A DNA stretch of 64,000 bases from Acidobacteriota bacterium. GTDB taxonomy: Bacteria > Acidobacteriota > Polarisedimenticolia > Gp22-AA2. The notes under the pieces are model-generated. The model made no database searches, was not told where the DNA came from, and saw nothing but the letters and a program-made list of their open reading frames with translations. Positions 1-9,948 of this stretch are shown in pieces; within the stretch, counting starts at the first letter, position 1, and every line of letters begins with the position of its first letter. Made by a program: the position numbers and the translations under genes. The stretch covers positions 63,674 to 127,673 of the forward strand of contig QHXX01000021.1 in assembly GCA_003223135.1 (NCBI GenBank), in the 5' to 3' direction.

Positions 1-2
1 CG

Positions 3-1124
3 GTCTTCACTCAGGGGATCGATCAAACGTCCGTCGTCGGCGGCGTGAAGCTGCCCTATGAGGACGAGCTGTCCGGCGGGTACTCCTTCGAAGTCACGCC
101 CAACTCCTCCTTCGAGGTCCGGGGAATCTACCGGACCCAGGGGCGCGTTCTCGAGGACGTGCAGGTCAACACCATCGAACAGACCCAGAACTTCTACAAC
201 GGCGTCGCCTACGGTTACCCGTACGACCCGTTCGGCGGTGTCAAGAACGTGAACGGAGGGAAGAGCACCACCTTCCCGGCCACCCCGTTCGGCGCTTACT
301 TCCTGGCCAACCCGGGGACCCGACAGGTCCCACCTGGTGGACTGGCGAGTTTCCCGAAGCCGGAGCGCGTCTACAAGGCGCTCGAGCTCATCTACACCCG
401 GCGGCTGGCGGACCGCTGGTCGCTGTTCGCCAACTACCGCCTCTCCAGCCTGGAGGGGAACTACGAGGGCCTGTTCCGCAACGATAATGGACAGAGCGAC
501 CCGAACATCACGTCGCTGTATGATTTTCCCAACTCGCCTTTGATGTCCGGGCAGTTCCTGAAGGGTCCCCTGCCCGCGGACGCGCGGCACGTCGTGCACG
601 TCTATCCGTCGTACCAATTCGCGAACACGCTGCGCGTCGGAGCGAATTTCAGCTATACGAGCGGCGTGCCCCGGACCTCGCTCCTGGCGCACCCGAGCTA
701 CCAGAACGCCGGCGAGATCCCGGGGATCGACCCGGTGTACGCCTATTGGGCCGATCCGGTCGGCAATGCTAATCCGAGCGATTACGTCCTGCGCACGACT
801 CCCAGCCTGCAAGCGGCCCTGTCGGACCTGGAAAACGTGACTCAATCGGTGTTCCTGAAATCGTACACGCCGGTCAGGAGGGGCAACCTCGGGAGGACGC
901 CCGGGCAAACGAACATCGATCTGCACGCCGACTACCCGGTGCAGTTCAGCAAGAGCAATTTGAGGTTCATGCTGGACGTGTTCAACGTTCTGGACCGGCA
1001 GACGGTCGTCTCCTTCGACGACGACATCGAGCTGCGCGCCGGCGTCACGGATCCGGACTTCGGACAGCCGATCGCCTACATGTCGCCGAGGGCGTGGAGG
1101 CTGGCGGCCCGCTGGGAGTTCTGA
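3..1124 (+). CDS. TonB-dependent receptor, C-terminal part (5' end outside window)
   Basis: Frame is open from nt 3 (VFTQGIDQ...). Beta-barrel-like sequence (ELIYTRRLADRWSLFANYRLSSLEGNYEG; DVFNVLD) ending in aromatic ...RLAARWEF, typical of outer-membrane TonB/Oar-like receptors. Confidence 0.8.
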   Translation, partial: VFTQGIDQTSVVGGVKLPYEDELSGGYSFEVTPNSSFEVRGIYRTQGRVLEDVQVNTIEQTQNFYNGVAYGYPYDPFGGVKNVNGGKSTTFPATPFGAYFLANPGTRQVPPGGLASFPKPERVYKALELIYTRRLADRWSLFANYRLSSLEGNYEGLFRNDNGQSDPNITSLYDFPNSPLMSGQFLKGPLPADARHVVHVYPSYQFANTLRVGANFSYTSGVPRTSLLAHPSYQNAGEIPGIDPVYAYWADPVGNANPSDYVLRTTPSLQAALSDLENVTQSVFLKSYTPVRRGNLGRTPGQTNIDLHADYPVQFSKSNLRFMLDVFNVLDRQTVVSFDDDIELRAGVTDPDFGQPIAYMSPRAWRLAARWEF

Positions 1125-1165
1125 GGCGCGGCGGGATTCGGGACGCCTGCGGAACGTGTGCGCGT

Positions 1166-3817
1166 CTAGCGCAGCGACTCGACGGTGCGCGACAACCGCT
1201 CGATCTTCTCCTGCAGCTCCTGATCGATGCGCCGCACCTTCTCGACGATCTCGGGTCTTGCCCTGCCGAGGAAGTCTGCGTTCTGCAGCTTCAGCGAGTG
1301 ACCCTGGCGTTCCCTGGCGAGCTTGTCGATCTCCCGCTCGAGCCTGCGCCTTTCGGCCGCGAGGTCAAGGATTCCCTCGAGCGGCACGGCGAGGTCGACA
1401 CCCGGTGCCACGGCGCGGGCCGCGGGTCCGGACGCCGAGAGGTCGGGGATCTCGCGCACGCTCTCTAGGCGCGCGAGCGTCGTGATCGTGGAGGCGTTGG
1501 CCGTGATGGCCCGTGCCGTTTCCGCGTCACGCGCGTGCACGAGAAGCGGCAGACGGCGGGCGGGGTCGATAGTCAGCTCGGCCCGGATGTTCCGAACCCT
1601 GGCCACGACCTCCATCACCAGCGCGATCTCGCTCTCCGCCGAATCGTCCAGGAGGTCGGCATCGTGGGCCGGGTAGGTGGCCAGCGCGATCGTCTCCCCC
1701 CGGTGCGGGATCCTCTGCCAGAGATCCTCCGTGATGAACGGCATCACGGGGTGCAGCAATCGCAGCACCGCGTCCAGGACGTGCAGCAGCACGGCCCGGG
1801 CGCGGGCCGCTTCCTCCGGGGGCGCGCCGGGCAGAAGGTGCGGCTTGGCCATTTCCAGGTACCAGTCACAGAATTCGTGCCAGAGGAATTGATACAGGAC
1901 GTTGGCCGTTTCGTCGAAGCGGTATTCGGCCAGCCGCTCCTCCACTGTCTTCGCAACGCGTGAGAGGCGGCTCAGGATCCAGCGATCCTCGACACGCATG
2001 CGTCCGCGTCGTGGCAGGGGCGGTGGCGACGCCCCTTGCCCCGCCTCCCCGAGATTCAGGAGGACGAAGCGGGCCGCGTTCCAGATCTTATTGGCGAACG
2101 CCCGGTAGCCCACCATCCGCTCTTCGGCCAGCGGCAGGTCGGAGCCCGGCGTCGCCATGGCCGCCAGGGTGAAGCGCAGCGCGTCGGCGCCGTAGCGCTC
2201 GATGAGATCGAGGGGATCGATGACATTGCCGCGGGTCTTGGACATTTTCTGCCCCTCGGCGTCGCGCACGAGCCCGGTGATGTAGACGCGGTGGAACGGC
2301 ACCTCCTGCATGAAGCGCAGCCCCATCATGATCATCCGGCACACCCAGAAGAACAGGATGTCGAATCCGGTCACCAGCACCGAGGTGGGGTAGTAGCGCC
2401 GCAGGTCGGGCGTCTCGTCCGGCCAGCCGAGAGTCGAGAAGGGCCACAAGGCGGAGGAGAACCACGTGTCGAGAACGTCCGGGTCCTGCCGGAGCCCCCG
2501 GCCTCCGCAACGCCGGCACGCGGCGGGCGCCTCGCGCGCCACGTTGACCTCACTGCAACTCTCGCAGTGCCAGGCCGGTATCTGGTGCCCCCACCAGAGC
2601 TGTCGCGAGATGCACCAGTCGTGGATCTTTCCCATCCACTCGTTGTAGCTGTTCACCCAATGGGGGGGAGTGAAACGCACGCGACCGTCGGCGACCGCCC
2701 GGATGGCCTCGTCGGCCAGGGGCTTCACGCGCACGAACCACTGTGTCGACAGGTACGGCTCGATGACAGTATGGCAGCGCTGGCAGCGTCCGACACTGTG
2801 CACATGCTCCTTCACGGACACCAGGAGGCCCTGCGCCCGGAGGTCCTCCACGATGCGGCCGCGCGCCTCGAATCGGTCCAGGCCGCGGTACCTCTCGGGC
2901 ACGTTGTCGTTCATGCGTCCCTGCTCGTCCATCACGACGATCGACGCAAGACCGTTGCGGCGCGCCGCCTCGAAGTCGTTCGGGTCGTGCGCGGGGGTGA
3001 TCTTCACGGCGCCCGTGCCGAATTCCTTCTCCACGAACGGGTCGGCGACGATCGGCAGGGTACGGCCGACGAGCGGCAGGACGACCGTCTTGCCGACGAG
3101 GGCGCGGTAGCGCTCGTCCTCGGGGTGGACGGCGACGCCGGTGTCTCCGAGCATCGTCTCCGGCCGGGTCGTGGCCACCTCCATCCCGCCATGGCCGTCG
3201 GGGAATGGATAGCGGATGGTCCACAGGCTTCCCTGCGTCTCCTGCGGGATCACTTCGAGGTCGGAGATCGCCGTGCGGCACGCCGGGCACCAGTTGACGA
3301 TGAACTTGTCACGGTAGATGAGACCGGCCTCGTGCAGGCGCACGAAGGCCTCGCGCACCGCGCGCGAGAGCTGCGGATCCATCGTGAAGCGCGCGCGCGT
3401 CCAATCGCACGAGCAGCCGAGCCTCTTGAGCTGGCCGATGATGGCGCCCCCGTACTCTTCCTTCCACTGCCAGACCCTGCGCACGAACGCCTCGCGCCCG
3501 AGTGCCTCGCGGCTGGTCCCCTCCTTCGCGAGCTGCCGTTCCACCACCATCTGCGTGGCGATACCCGCGTGATCCGTCCCCGGCAGCCACAGCACGTCGT
3601 CGCCCCGCATGCGGCGATAGCGCGCCAGGATGTCCTGCAGCGTGTTGTTGAGTGCGTGTCCCATGTGCAGGCGGCCGGTGATGTTGGGTGGAGGGATCGC
3701 CATGGAGAACGGAGGTCGGGACGAGTCGACGCGCGCCGTGAACACCCCCAGCGTCAGCCAGTGGGTGTACCAGCGCTCCTCGATCCGGGCGGGTTCGAAC
3801 GTCTTGTCAAACTCCAT
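1166..3817 (-). CDS. valS: valine--tRNA ligase
   Basis: PPPNITGRLHMGH (HIGH), KMSKT (KMSKS), DWCISRQLWWGH and C-terminal coiled coil; 883 aa. Confidence 0.98.
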   Translation of the reverse strand: MEFDKTFEPARIEERWYTHWLTLGVFTARVDSSRPPFSMAIPPPNITGRLHMGHALNNTLQDILARYRRMRGDDVLWLPGTDHAGIATQMVVERQLAKEGTSREALGREAFVRRVWQWKEEYGGAIIGQLKRLGCSCDWTRARFTMDPQLSRAVREAFVRLHEAGLIYRDKFIVNWCPACRTAISDLEVIPQETQGSLWTIRYPFPDGHGGMEVATTRPETMLGDTGVAVHPEDERYRALVGKTVVLPLVGRTLPIVADPFVEKEFGTGAVKITPAHDPNDFEAARRNGLASIVVMDEQGRMNDNVPERYRGLDRFEARGRIVEDLRAQGLLVSVKEHVHSVGRCQRCHTVIEPYLSTQWFVRVKPLADEAIRAVADGRVRFTPPHWVNSYNEWMGKIHDWCISRQLWWGHQIPAWHCESCSEVNVAREAPAACRRCGGRGLRQDPDVLDTWFSSALWPFSTLGWPDETPDLRRYYPTSVLVTGFDILFFWVCRMIMMGLRFMQEVPFHRVYITGLVRDAEGQKMSKTRGNVIDPLDLIERYGADALRFTLAAMATPGSDLPLAEERMVGYRAFANKIWNAARFVLLNLGEAGQGASPPPLPRRGRMRVEDRWILSRLSRVAKTVEERLAEYRFDETANVLYQFLWHEFCDWYLEMAKPHLLPGAPPEEAARARAVLLHVLDAVLRLLHPVMPFITEDLWQRIPHRGETIALATYPAHDADLLDDSAESEIALVMEVVARVRNIRAELTIDPARRLPLLVHARDAETARAITANASTITTLARLESVREIPDLSASGPAARAVAPGVDLAVPLEGILDLAAERRRLEREIDKLARERQGHSLKLQNADFLGRARPEIVEKVRRIDQELQEKIERLSRTVESLR

Positions 3818-3888
3818 GGCGGAGAATGTGGGGTGCGGTAACGTTCCATTGCCCCGGTCCTCCGGGGAGTGGGCCGGCGCCTGTCGAT

Positions 3889-5175
3889 CTATGAACCGCT
3901 TTCCTCGAGTTCCTTGATCCGCTTGCGCACGAGCGCCTCGGCGACTTCGGGCACGATCTCCCAGGCGACCTCGCGCACGACCCGGTCCGCCAGGCGCTGC
4001 ACCACCTTCTCGGCGATCAGGTCGATCATCTCGGGGGTGAGGGCGACGTTTCGACCGTCGGCGGCCGGCTCGGGGCGCGCGCGATCACCCGCGGGCCGCA
4101 GCGGCGGCGCCGGGTCGTCCTGTTCCATCGGTCGGGGTGCTTCCCATCCCGCGCTCTCAGCGGGCTCGTCGACCGCCTGCCAGGTCTCCGCCGGCGGGGC
4201 CTCCGGCGGCGGCGCCCAGCCCCCGGTCCCCTCATCCTCCGACTGTCCTCCGCCCGGGGCGACCGCCTCAGGGGGCGCCTCGTCGATCAGATCGAACTCC
4301 GCCTCGAACGATCCGGAGAAGGAACCCCCAGGAGCGGCTCCGCCGGATGCGACACCCATGGGTGGAGGGCCGGAACTCCCCCCCTCCCCACGCTTCGTCA
4401 CCTCATCCCGTCGCAGCTTCACCGTCGAGGGGGAAGGTGCGCCCGCGCCCTCATCGAAACGGTCCGGAACGATCGCCCCTTCCATCCCGGCCTCCATCCC
4501 GACGTCGCCGAACCCGACGAACGAACCGCCGGCCCCCGGATCCGGGGACGCCAGCGACGGATGCGGCTGCGTCTCCCGATCGGGCTCATCGTCCGTGGGT
4601 GACGCTCCCGGAAGGGGCATCACCGGCCCCGGCCCGATCCTTTCCGCGAAGTCCGCGGGGGCGGCCTGCGGCGCGGCGCTCTGCAGACCGGCGCCCGGGG
4701 GCGGCGCCGGACGCATCCCTTCCCCCGCCCGTCCCGGGTCGACCCTGTACACCTCGCCGCCGGAAATAATGTCCATCCGCCCGCCTTCCTCATCGGAGGC
4801 GACCGACGGCGTCGCGGCGATCAATTCCTCCACCTTGGCGACGAGGACCTGCGACTCGAACGGCTTCGTGAGGTGTGCGTTGGCGCCCGCCGCTTCCGCC
4901 CGCTTCCTGTCGAACGGTTCGAACGTCCCGGTCAGCAGAAGGATCGGGATGCCGGCGGTGGCCGGGTTGCGCTTGAGCTGTTCGCACACCTCGTATCCGT
5001 TCTTCTCCGGCATGATGACGTCCAGGAGAACCACGTCCGGACGCACCTCGGCCACCTTCTTCAGCGCCTGCCCGCCGCTGCTGACGCAGATCACCCGGTA
5101 GTCGGCCTCCGAAAAGGTGAGTTCCACCACCTTCTGGATGGTGATGCTGTCATCCGCCAGCACGATCGTCTTCAC
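3889..5175 (-). CDS. RomR-like response regulator (receiver, Pro/acidic linker, conserved C-terminal helix)
   Basis: Receiver (LADDS, DVIMP, KPFESQ), about 250 aa low-complexity linker, C-terminus VVREVAWEIVPEVAEALVRKRIKELEE resembling the RomR-C region. Confidence 0.85.
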   Translation of the reverse strand: MKTIVLADDSITIQKVVELTFSEADYRVICVSSGGQALKKVAEVRPDVVLLDVIMPEKNGYEVCEQLKRNPATAGIPILLLTGTFEPFDRKRAEAAGANAHLTKPFESQVLVAKVEELIAATPSVASDEEGGRMDIISGGEVYRVDPGRAGEGMRPAPPPGAGLQSAAPQAAPADFAERIGPGPVMPLPGASPTDDEPDRETQPHPSLASPDPGAGGSFVGFGDVGMEAGMEGAIVPDRFDEGAGAPSPSTVKLRRDEVTKRGEGGSSGPPPMGVASGGAAPGGSFSGSFEAEFDLIDEAPPEAVAPGGGQSEDEGTGGWAPPPEAPPAETWQAVDEPAESAGWEAPRPMEQDDPAPPLRPAGDRARPEPAADGRNVALTPEMIDLIAEKVVQRLADRVVREVAWEIVPEVAEALVRKRIKELEESGS

Positions 5176-5674
5176 CGGGTTTCCTCCTTCCGCGCGGCTC
5201 CGCCGCGGGCACGCCCAAGGACGCGAACAACCTGTCAGTGTCGAGCAGGACGATGACCTCCCCGTCCCGGTGCAGGACGCGCTTCACGTAGGCGTCGCTC
5301 ACGCCGCACGGCGCCGCAGCACCGTCCGCGCGACCGGCCTCCGTTTCCGTCTCCTCGACCAGGTCGACCCGGTCCCCCAGAAGACCGAGGGCCACTTCCC
5401 CCCAGTCGCACACGATGAGGTGACCGGACTCGGCGACCGGCCCCGCGGGTGCCGGGGGCCGCTGTCCCGACCAGAGCGGATCGAAACGCTTCAGGTCATA
5501 AACCGGAAGCGCCACGCCCCCGTGCAGGGCCACGCCGCTCACGAACGCGTGGCTCCCTGGCACGCGCACGACGCGCGGTCGCTCCGTCACCTCGCGCACG
5601 ATGCCGAGCGGAAGGGCCGCTCCGGCGCTCCCGACGCGAAAGCCGATCAGCCGGGCGCCCGCGCTGTCGCTCAC
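5150..5674 (-). CDS. CheW-like domain protein
   Basis: LIGFRVG...LPLGIVREV...VRVPGSHAFVSGVALHGGVALPVYDL...GLLGDRVD...LLDTDRLF fits the CheW pattern. Confidence 0.7.
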   Translation of the reverse strand: MSDSAGARLIGFRVGSAGAALPLGIVREVTERPRVVRVPGSHAFVSGVALHGGVALPVYDLKRFDPLWSGQRPPAPAGPVAESGHLIVCDWGEVALGLLGDRVDLVEETETEAGRADGAAAPCGVSDAYVKRVLHRDGEVIVLLDTDRLFASLGVPAAEPRGRRKPGEDDRAGG

Positions 5675-6057
5675 AGGAGCCCGTTCTCGTCCAGGAGCAG
5701 GCGCGGGTCACGGCCGTCCGAAAAGACGCCGCGAAAGGCGCGCCGGGGACGCGCGAAAATGAACGCCGGGAGCGGAGCAATGTCGCCCGCGGGGACATCG
5801 CGGATGGCTTCGGCGCCGTCGACCGGGACGATGGCGCGTCGGCGCGAGCCCTCCAGGAGAAGGTACACGGGCGAGGGCCCGCGTCGCTCTCCCACCGCGG
5901 CGTGCAGGTCCAGAACCGGGAAGCGCTCGCCGCGATACACGGCCTCCGACTCCTCAAGGTGGAAATCGACTTCGACCGCCGGGTCGACAATCTGCGCCAC
6001 CGCGTCGGCCGGCACCGCGTAGCGACCTTCACCGACGCTCACCATGAGGAGTTTCAT
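5671..6057 (-). CDS. CheW-like domain protein (short)
   Basis: GRYAVPADAVAQIV...YRGERFPVLDL...AIVPVDGAEAI...LLLDENGLL; 4-nt overlap with the next gene. Confidence 0.7.
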   Translation of the reverse strand: MKLLMVSVGEGRYAVPADAVAQIVDPAVEVDFHLEESEAVYRGERFPVLDLHAAVGERRGPSPVYLLLEGSRRRAIVPVDGAEAIRDVPAGDIAPLPAFIFARPRRAFRGVFSDGRDPRLLLDENGLL

Positions 6058-6069
6058 GCCCCTGCGCCA

Positions 6070-6098
6070 AAACTAGCCCAAAGGGTGGAGCCTGTCAA
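6070..6098 (-). promoter_or_regulatory. sigma70-type promoter for the cheW-cheW-romR-like genes
   Basis: Minus strand TTGACA (6098-6093), 17 bp, TAGTTT (6075-6070); ends 12 nt before the ATG at 6057. Confidence 0.6.
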
Positions 6099-6115
6099 GA
6101 AAAGCGTCAAGGCCT

Positions 6116-6532
6116 TCAGCGGCGGCGGGGCGGGACGTTGGTCTTCACCCACTCAACGACGTCCTGGGTGCTGGCGCCCGGGGTGAAGATCTGCCGGACG
6201 CCGGCCCGCTTCAGAGCCGGGATGTCCTCATCCGGGATGATGCCCCCGCCGAACACGACGATGTCGGGGTCGGTCTTCTCCGCGAGGAGCCTCAGGATCT
6301 TCGGGAAGATCGTGTTGTGGGCGCCGGAGAGAAGGGACAGCCCGATCCCGTCCACGTCCTCCTGCAGGGCAGTGGCGACAACCATCTCCGGCGTCTGGTG
6401 AAGACCGGTATAGATGACTTCGAACCCGGCGTCCCTGAGGGCCCGGGCGATGATCTTGGCGCCGCGATCGTGTCCGTCCAGTCCCACCTTGCCGACCAGG
6501 AGCCGGACCTTTCTCTCCCCGCTCATCGTCAC
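6116..6532 (-). CDS. cobalamin-binding small subunit of acyl-CoA mutase (IcmB/MutB-like)
   Basis: DGHDRG (DxHxxG) B12 motif and SLLSGAH; 138 aa stand-alone. Confidence 0.92.
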   Translation of the reverse strand: MTMSGERKVRLLVGKVGLDGHDRGAKIIARALRDAGFEVIYTGLHQTPEMVVATALQEDVDGIGLSLLSGAHNTIFPKILRLLAEKTDPDIVVFGGGIIPDEDIPALKRAGVRQIFTPGASTQDVVEWVKTNVPPRRR

Positions 6533-8220
6533 AGCTGCACCCGGCCTTCGCGGTACGCGCCGAAGACCGTCTTCAACGTGTCGCAGATCTCTCCGACCGA
6601 GGCATAGGCCCGCACGGCATCCAGGATGGCGGGCATCAGATTCTCCTTCGTCCGCGCCGTGTGCTCGAGCCTCTTCAGGACCTTGGCGTGCCGGTCCTTC
6701 TCACGGCGCTGGCGGACGGTCTCCAGGCGGGCCACCTGGCCAGGCTCGACCTCGGCGCCGATCTTGAGGGTCGGCGCCTTCATGTTGTCCCCTTCGGAGT
6801 AGCGGTTGACGCCCACGACGATTTTCTCGCCGGCGTCGACCTGTCTCTGGTACAGGTAGGCCGCCTCGGCGATCTCGCGCTGCGGAAAGCCCTGTTCGAT
6901 CGCGGGAACGATCCCGCCCATCTGGTCGATGCGGTGGATGTAATCCCATGCCATCAGCTCCAGGCGGTCGGTGAGCGCCTCGACGAAGTAAGACCCCGCC
7001 AGAGGATCGACCGTGTTCACGACACCGCTTTCCTCCGCGATGATCTGCTGGGTGCGGAGCGCGATACGGGCCGAATTCTCCGTCGGCAGAGCGAGCGTCT
7101 CGTCCAGGGCGTTGGTGTGCAGCGACTGCGTCCCTCCCAGGACGGCCGCGAGGGCCTGGAGCGTCACGCGCACGACGTTGTTGATCGGCTGCTGCGCGGT
7201 GAGCGAACAGCCGGCCGTCTGGACGTGTGTGCGCAGCATCCAGGAGCGCGGGGACTTCGCGTGGAAACGATCGCGCATGAGGGCGCACCAGACGCGCCGT
7301 GCCGCGCGGAGCTTGGCAACCTCTTCGAAGAAATCGTTGTGCGAGTTGAAGAAGAAGGAGAAGCGGGGAGCGAACACGTCGACATCGAGCCCGGCATCCA
7401 CGCAGGACTGCACGTAGCCGATCCCGTCGGCCAGGGTGAACGCCAGCTCCTGCGCGGCGGTCGAGCCGGCCTCGCGAATGTGGTAGCCGCTAATCGAGAT
7501 GGTGTTCCACTTCGGCACGCGCTCGGCGCAGAAGGCGACCATGTCGGTGATGATCCGCAGCGAGGGCACGGGAGGATAAATCCATTCCTTCTGCGCGATG
7601 TATTCCTTCAGGATGTCGTTCTGCACCGTGCCCTCGAGCTTTTCGAGCGGCACGCCCTGCTTTTCGGCGACGGCCAGGTACATTGCCAGAACGACGGCGG
7701 CCGGGGCGTTGATCGTCATGGACGTGGAAACCTTGTCGAGTGGAATGCCCTTGAACAGCACCTCCATGTCGGCCAGCGTGTCGATGGCCACCCCTTCGCG
7801 CCCGACCTCCCCCTCTGCCAGGGGGTCGTCCGAGTCGCGCCCCATGAGCGTGGGGAGGTCGAAGGCGACCGACAGGCCGGTCTGGCCGTGCTCCAGCAGA
7901 TAGTGGAACCTCTTGTTGGTGTCCTCGGCGGTCCCGAAGCCGGCAAACTGCCGCATGGTCCAGAGCCTGCCGCGATACATCGTCGGATGGACGCCGCGCG
8001 TGAACGGCGGCTCGCCGGGGAATCCGAGCTTGCCGGCGGGGTCCCAACCTTTCAGGTCCTCCACCGCGTACAGTCGCTCGATCGGCAGGTTGGAGACGGT
8101 CGTGAACTCCTTCTTCCTTTCCGGCTTCTTCCCGAGGGCATGGCCCAGCGTGTTCTCCTCCCAGTCCCGCCGGGTGCGCGTGGTCACCGTCGAGGTCCGG
8201 CCTCCATTTTTCGGTTTCAT
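6529..8220 (-). CDS. B12-dependent acyl-CoA mutase large subunit with isobutyryl-CoA mutase-type residues (IcmA-like)
   Basis: [59 protein letters not shown]; no B12 domain in this chain. Confidence 0.9.
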   Translation of the reverse strand: MKPKNGGRTSTVTTRTRRDWEENTLGHALGKKPERKKEFTTVSNLPIERLYAVEDLKGWDPAGKLGFPGEPPFTRGVHPTMYRGRLWTMRQFAGFGTAEDTNKRFHYLLEHGQTGLSVAFDLPTLMGRDSDDPLAEGEVGREGVAIDTLADMEVLFKGIPLDKVSTSMTINAPAAVVLAMYLAVAEKQGVPLEKLEGTVQNDILKEYIAQKEWIYPPVPSLRIITDMVAFCAERVPKWNTISISGYHIREAGSTAAQELAFTLADGIGYVQSCVDAGLDVDVFAPRFSFFFNSHNDFFEEVAKLRAARRVWCALMRDRFHAKSPRSWMLRTHVQTAGCSLTAQQPINNVVRVTLQALAAVLGGTQSLHTNALDETLALPTENSARIALRTQQIIAEESGVVNTVDPLAGSYFVEALTDRLELMAWDYIHRIDQMGGIVPAIEQGFPQREIAEAAYLYQRQVDAGEKIVVGVNRYSEGDNMKAPTLKIGAEVEPGQVARLETVRQRREKDRHAKVLKRLEHTARTKENLMPAILDAVRAYASVGEICDTLKTVFGAYREGRVQL

Positions 8221-8221
8221 T

Positions 8222-9367
8222 TCAGTCCTCTTTCAGGATCTCCTTGGCGATCACCAACCGCTGGATCTCGGACGTGCCTTCGTAGATCTCGGTGATCTTG
8301 GCGTCCCGGAACAGCCGCTCCACCGCGTACTCGTCGATGTACCCGTAACCGCCGTGGATCTGCACTCCTTCTTTCGCCGCCCGCATGCAGGCCTCCGAGG
8401 CGAACAGCTTGGCCATGCTGGTCTCGAGCGAGCAACGCCTCTGCTGGTCACGCAGCCAGGCGGCGCGGTAGGCCAAAAGACGCGCCGCCTCGAGCTCGGT
8501 GGCCATGTCGGCGAGCTTCCACTGGGTGGCCTGGAAGTCGGCGATGCGCTGGCCGAAGGCGCGCCGCCCCTGACTGTAGGCCAGCGATTCCTCCAGTGCG
8601 GCGCGCCCGATTCCGATTGCCTGGGCCGCGATGCCGATGCGGCCGCCGTCCAAGGTGCTCATGGCGATCTTGAATCCTTCCCCTTCGGCCCCCAGCAGAT
8701 TGGCCGCCGGCACCTCGCAGTCGTCGAGCACGATCTCGACGGATCCAGAGCAGGTAATGCCCATCTTGTGCTCCGGCTTTCCGAGACGGAGACCGGGGAA
8801 GTCCCGCTCGACGATGAACGCGCAGATCCCGTGGTGGCGCAGCTTCGGGTCCAGCGTGGCGTACACCACGAACGTGTGCGCCGCCACTCCGTTCGTGACG
8901 AACACCTTGTTGCCCTTCAGAAGGTAGCGATCGGCCTTCTTCCGGGCCAGGGTACGCAGCGCCGCCGCGTCCGAGCCGCAGTCGGGCTCGGTCAGACAAT
9001 ACGCCCCGATCTTTTCTCCGCGCGCGTGCGGCGCCAGGTACTTCCGCTTCTGCGCCTCCGTCCCGTGGCGCAGGACCGGGGCGCAGAACAGAGAGTTGTT
9101 GACCGACAGGATGACGCCGCTCGAGGCGCAGGCGCGCGACACCTCTTCGATGGCGATGACGTAGGAGACACCGTCGAAGCCGGCGCCGCCGTAAGTCTCC
9201 GGGACCATCATGCCGCACAGACCGAGCTCGGCGCAGCGCCGGTAATTGTCGATCGGAAACTCCCGGCTGCGATCGAGCGCGGCGGCCCGGGGCTTCAGCA
9301 CTTCGTCCGCGAAGGCGTGCACGGTGTCCCGCAGCAGCTCCTGCTCCCGCGTCAGCTGGAAGTCCAT
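8222..9367 (-). CDS. acyl-CoA dehydrogenase (short/branched-chain family)
   Basis: Start placed at ATG 9367 (MDFQLTREQ); [37 protein letters not shown]. Confidence 0.93.
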   Translation of the reverse strand: MDFQLTREQELLRDTVHAFADEVLKPRAAALDRSREFPIDNYRRCAELGLCGMMVPETYGGAGFDGVSYVIAIEEVSRACASSGVILSVNNSLFCAPVLRHGTEAQKRKYLAPHARGEKIGAYCLTEPDCGSDAAALRTLARKKADRYLLKGNKVFVTNGVAAHTFVVYATLDPKLRHHGICAFIVERDFPGLRLGKPEHKMGITCSGSVEIVLDDCEVPAANLLGAEGEGFKIAMSTLDGGRIGIAAQAIGIGRAALEESLAYSQGRRAFGQRIADFQATQWKLADMATELEAARLLAYRAAWLRDQQRRCSLETSMAKLFASEACMRAAKEGVQIHGGYGYIDEYAVERLFRDAKITEIYEGTSEIQRLVIAKEILKED

Positions 9368-9371
9368 CGTC

Positions 9372-9917
9372 TCAGGTCTCCGCCTCGATGAGGCCGAAGC
9401 GGCCGTCGCCGCGCCGGACCAGCAAACAAAAGCGCTGACTATCGGCGTCGCGGAACACCAGGAACGGATCGGAATTTTCCTGAAGGAGCAGGATCGCCTC
9501 GTCCACCGACATCGGCTTGACGGGGACGCGACCCATGGGAACGACGATCGGACCGTCCGCCCCCGGGGACGCGCCGAGCTCGGGAGTGACCGCCCCGCGT
9601 CTCGGCGACTCCCGCATGGCCCGGCGCTTGCGACCCTGTGCAATCTTCTCGTGATGCTTGCGCGCCTGGGCCAGCAGGCGATCGATGGCGACACCCAGCG
9701 ACTCCTCGAACTCCGCTCCGTCCGCCTTGGCCGTCAGGGTCCCGACGCGCGCATGAACCACGATTTCGGCCAGGTGACGGTGCTTTTCCCGCGTCAGGAT
9801 CACGTGCGCGTCCGGGCTTTCGTGCAGAAGACGCTCGAGTTTCGCGAGCTTCCTCTCGGCGAACGCCTTGAGGTCGGGCGTCAGGTCGGCCTTGCGTCCC
9901 GTGAACACAATCGTCAT
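9372..9917 (-). CDS. hpf: ribosome hibernation promoting factor (long HPF/RaiA)
   Basis: FTGRKADLTPDLKAFAERKLAKL N-terminal domain and KPMSVDEAILLL C-terminal domain; directly downstream of rpoN. Confidence 0.88.
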   Translation of the reverse strand: MTIVFTGRKADLTPDLKAFAERKLAKLERLLHESPDAHVILTREKHRHLAEIVVHARVGTLTAKADGAEFEESLGVAIDRLLAQARKHHEKIAQGRKRRAMRESPRRGAVTPELGASPGADGPIVVPMGRVPVKPMSVDEAILLLQENSDPFLVFRDADSQRFCLLVRRGDGRFGLIEAET

Positions 9918-9948
9918 GGACCCCCCGCTGTCGGGAAGACGGCGGGCC

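Noticed and set aside
4100-4800. Low-complexity GC/Pro-rich stretch as a repeat element
   Set aside because: It is the coding linker of the RomR-like protein; no periodic nucleotide repeat.
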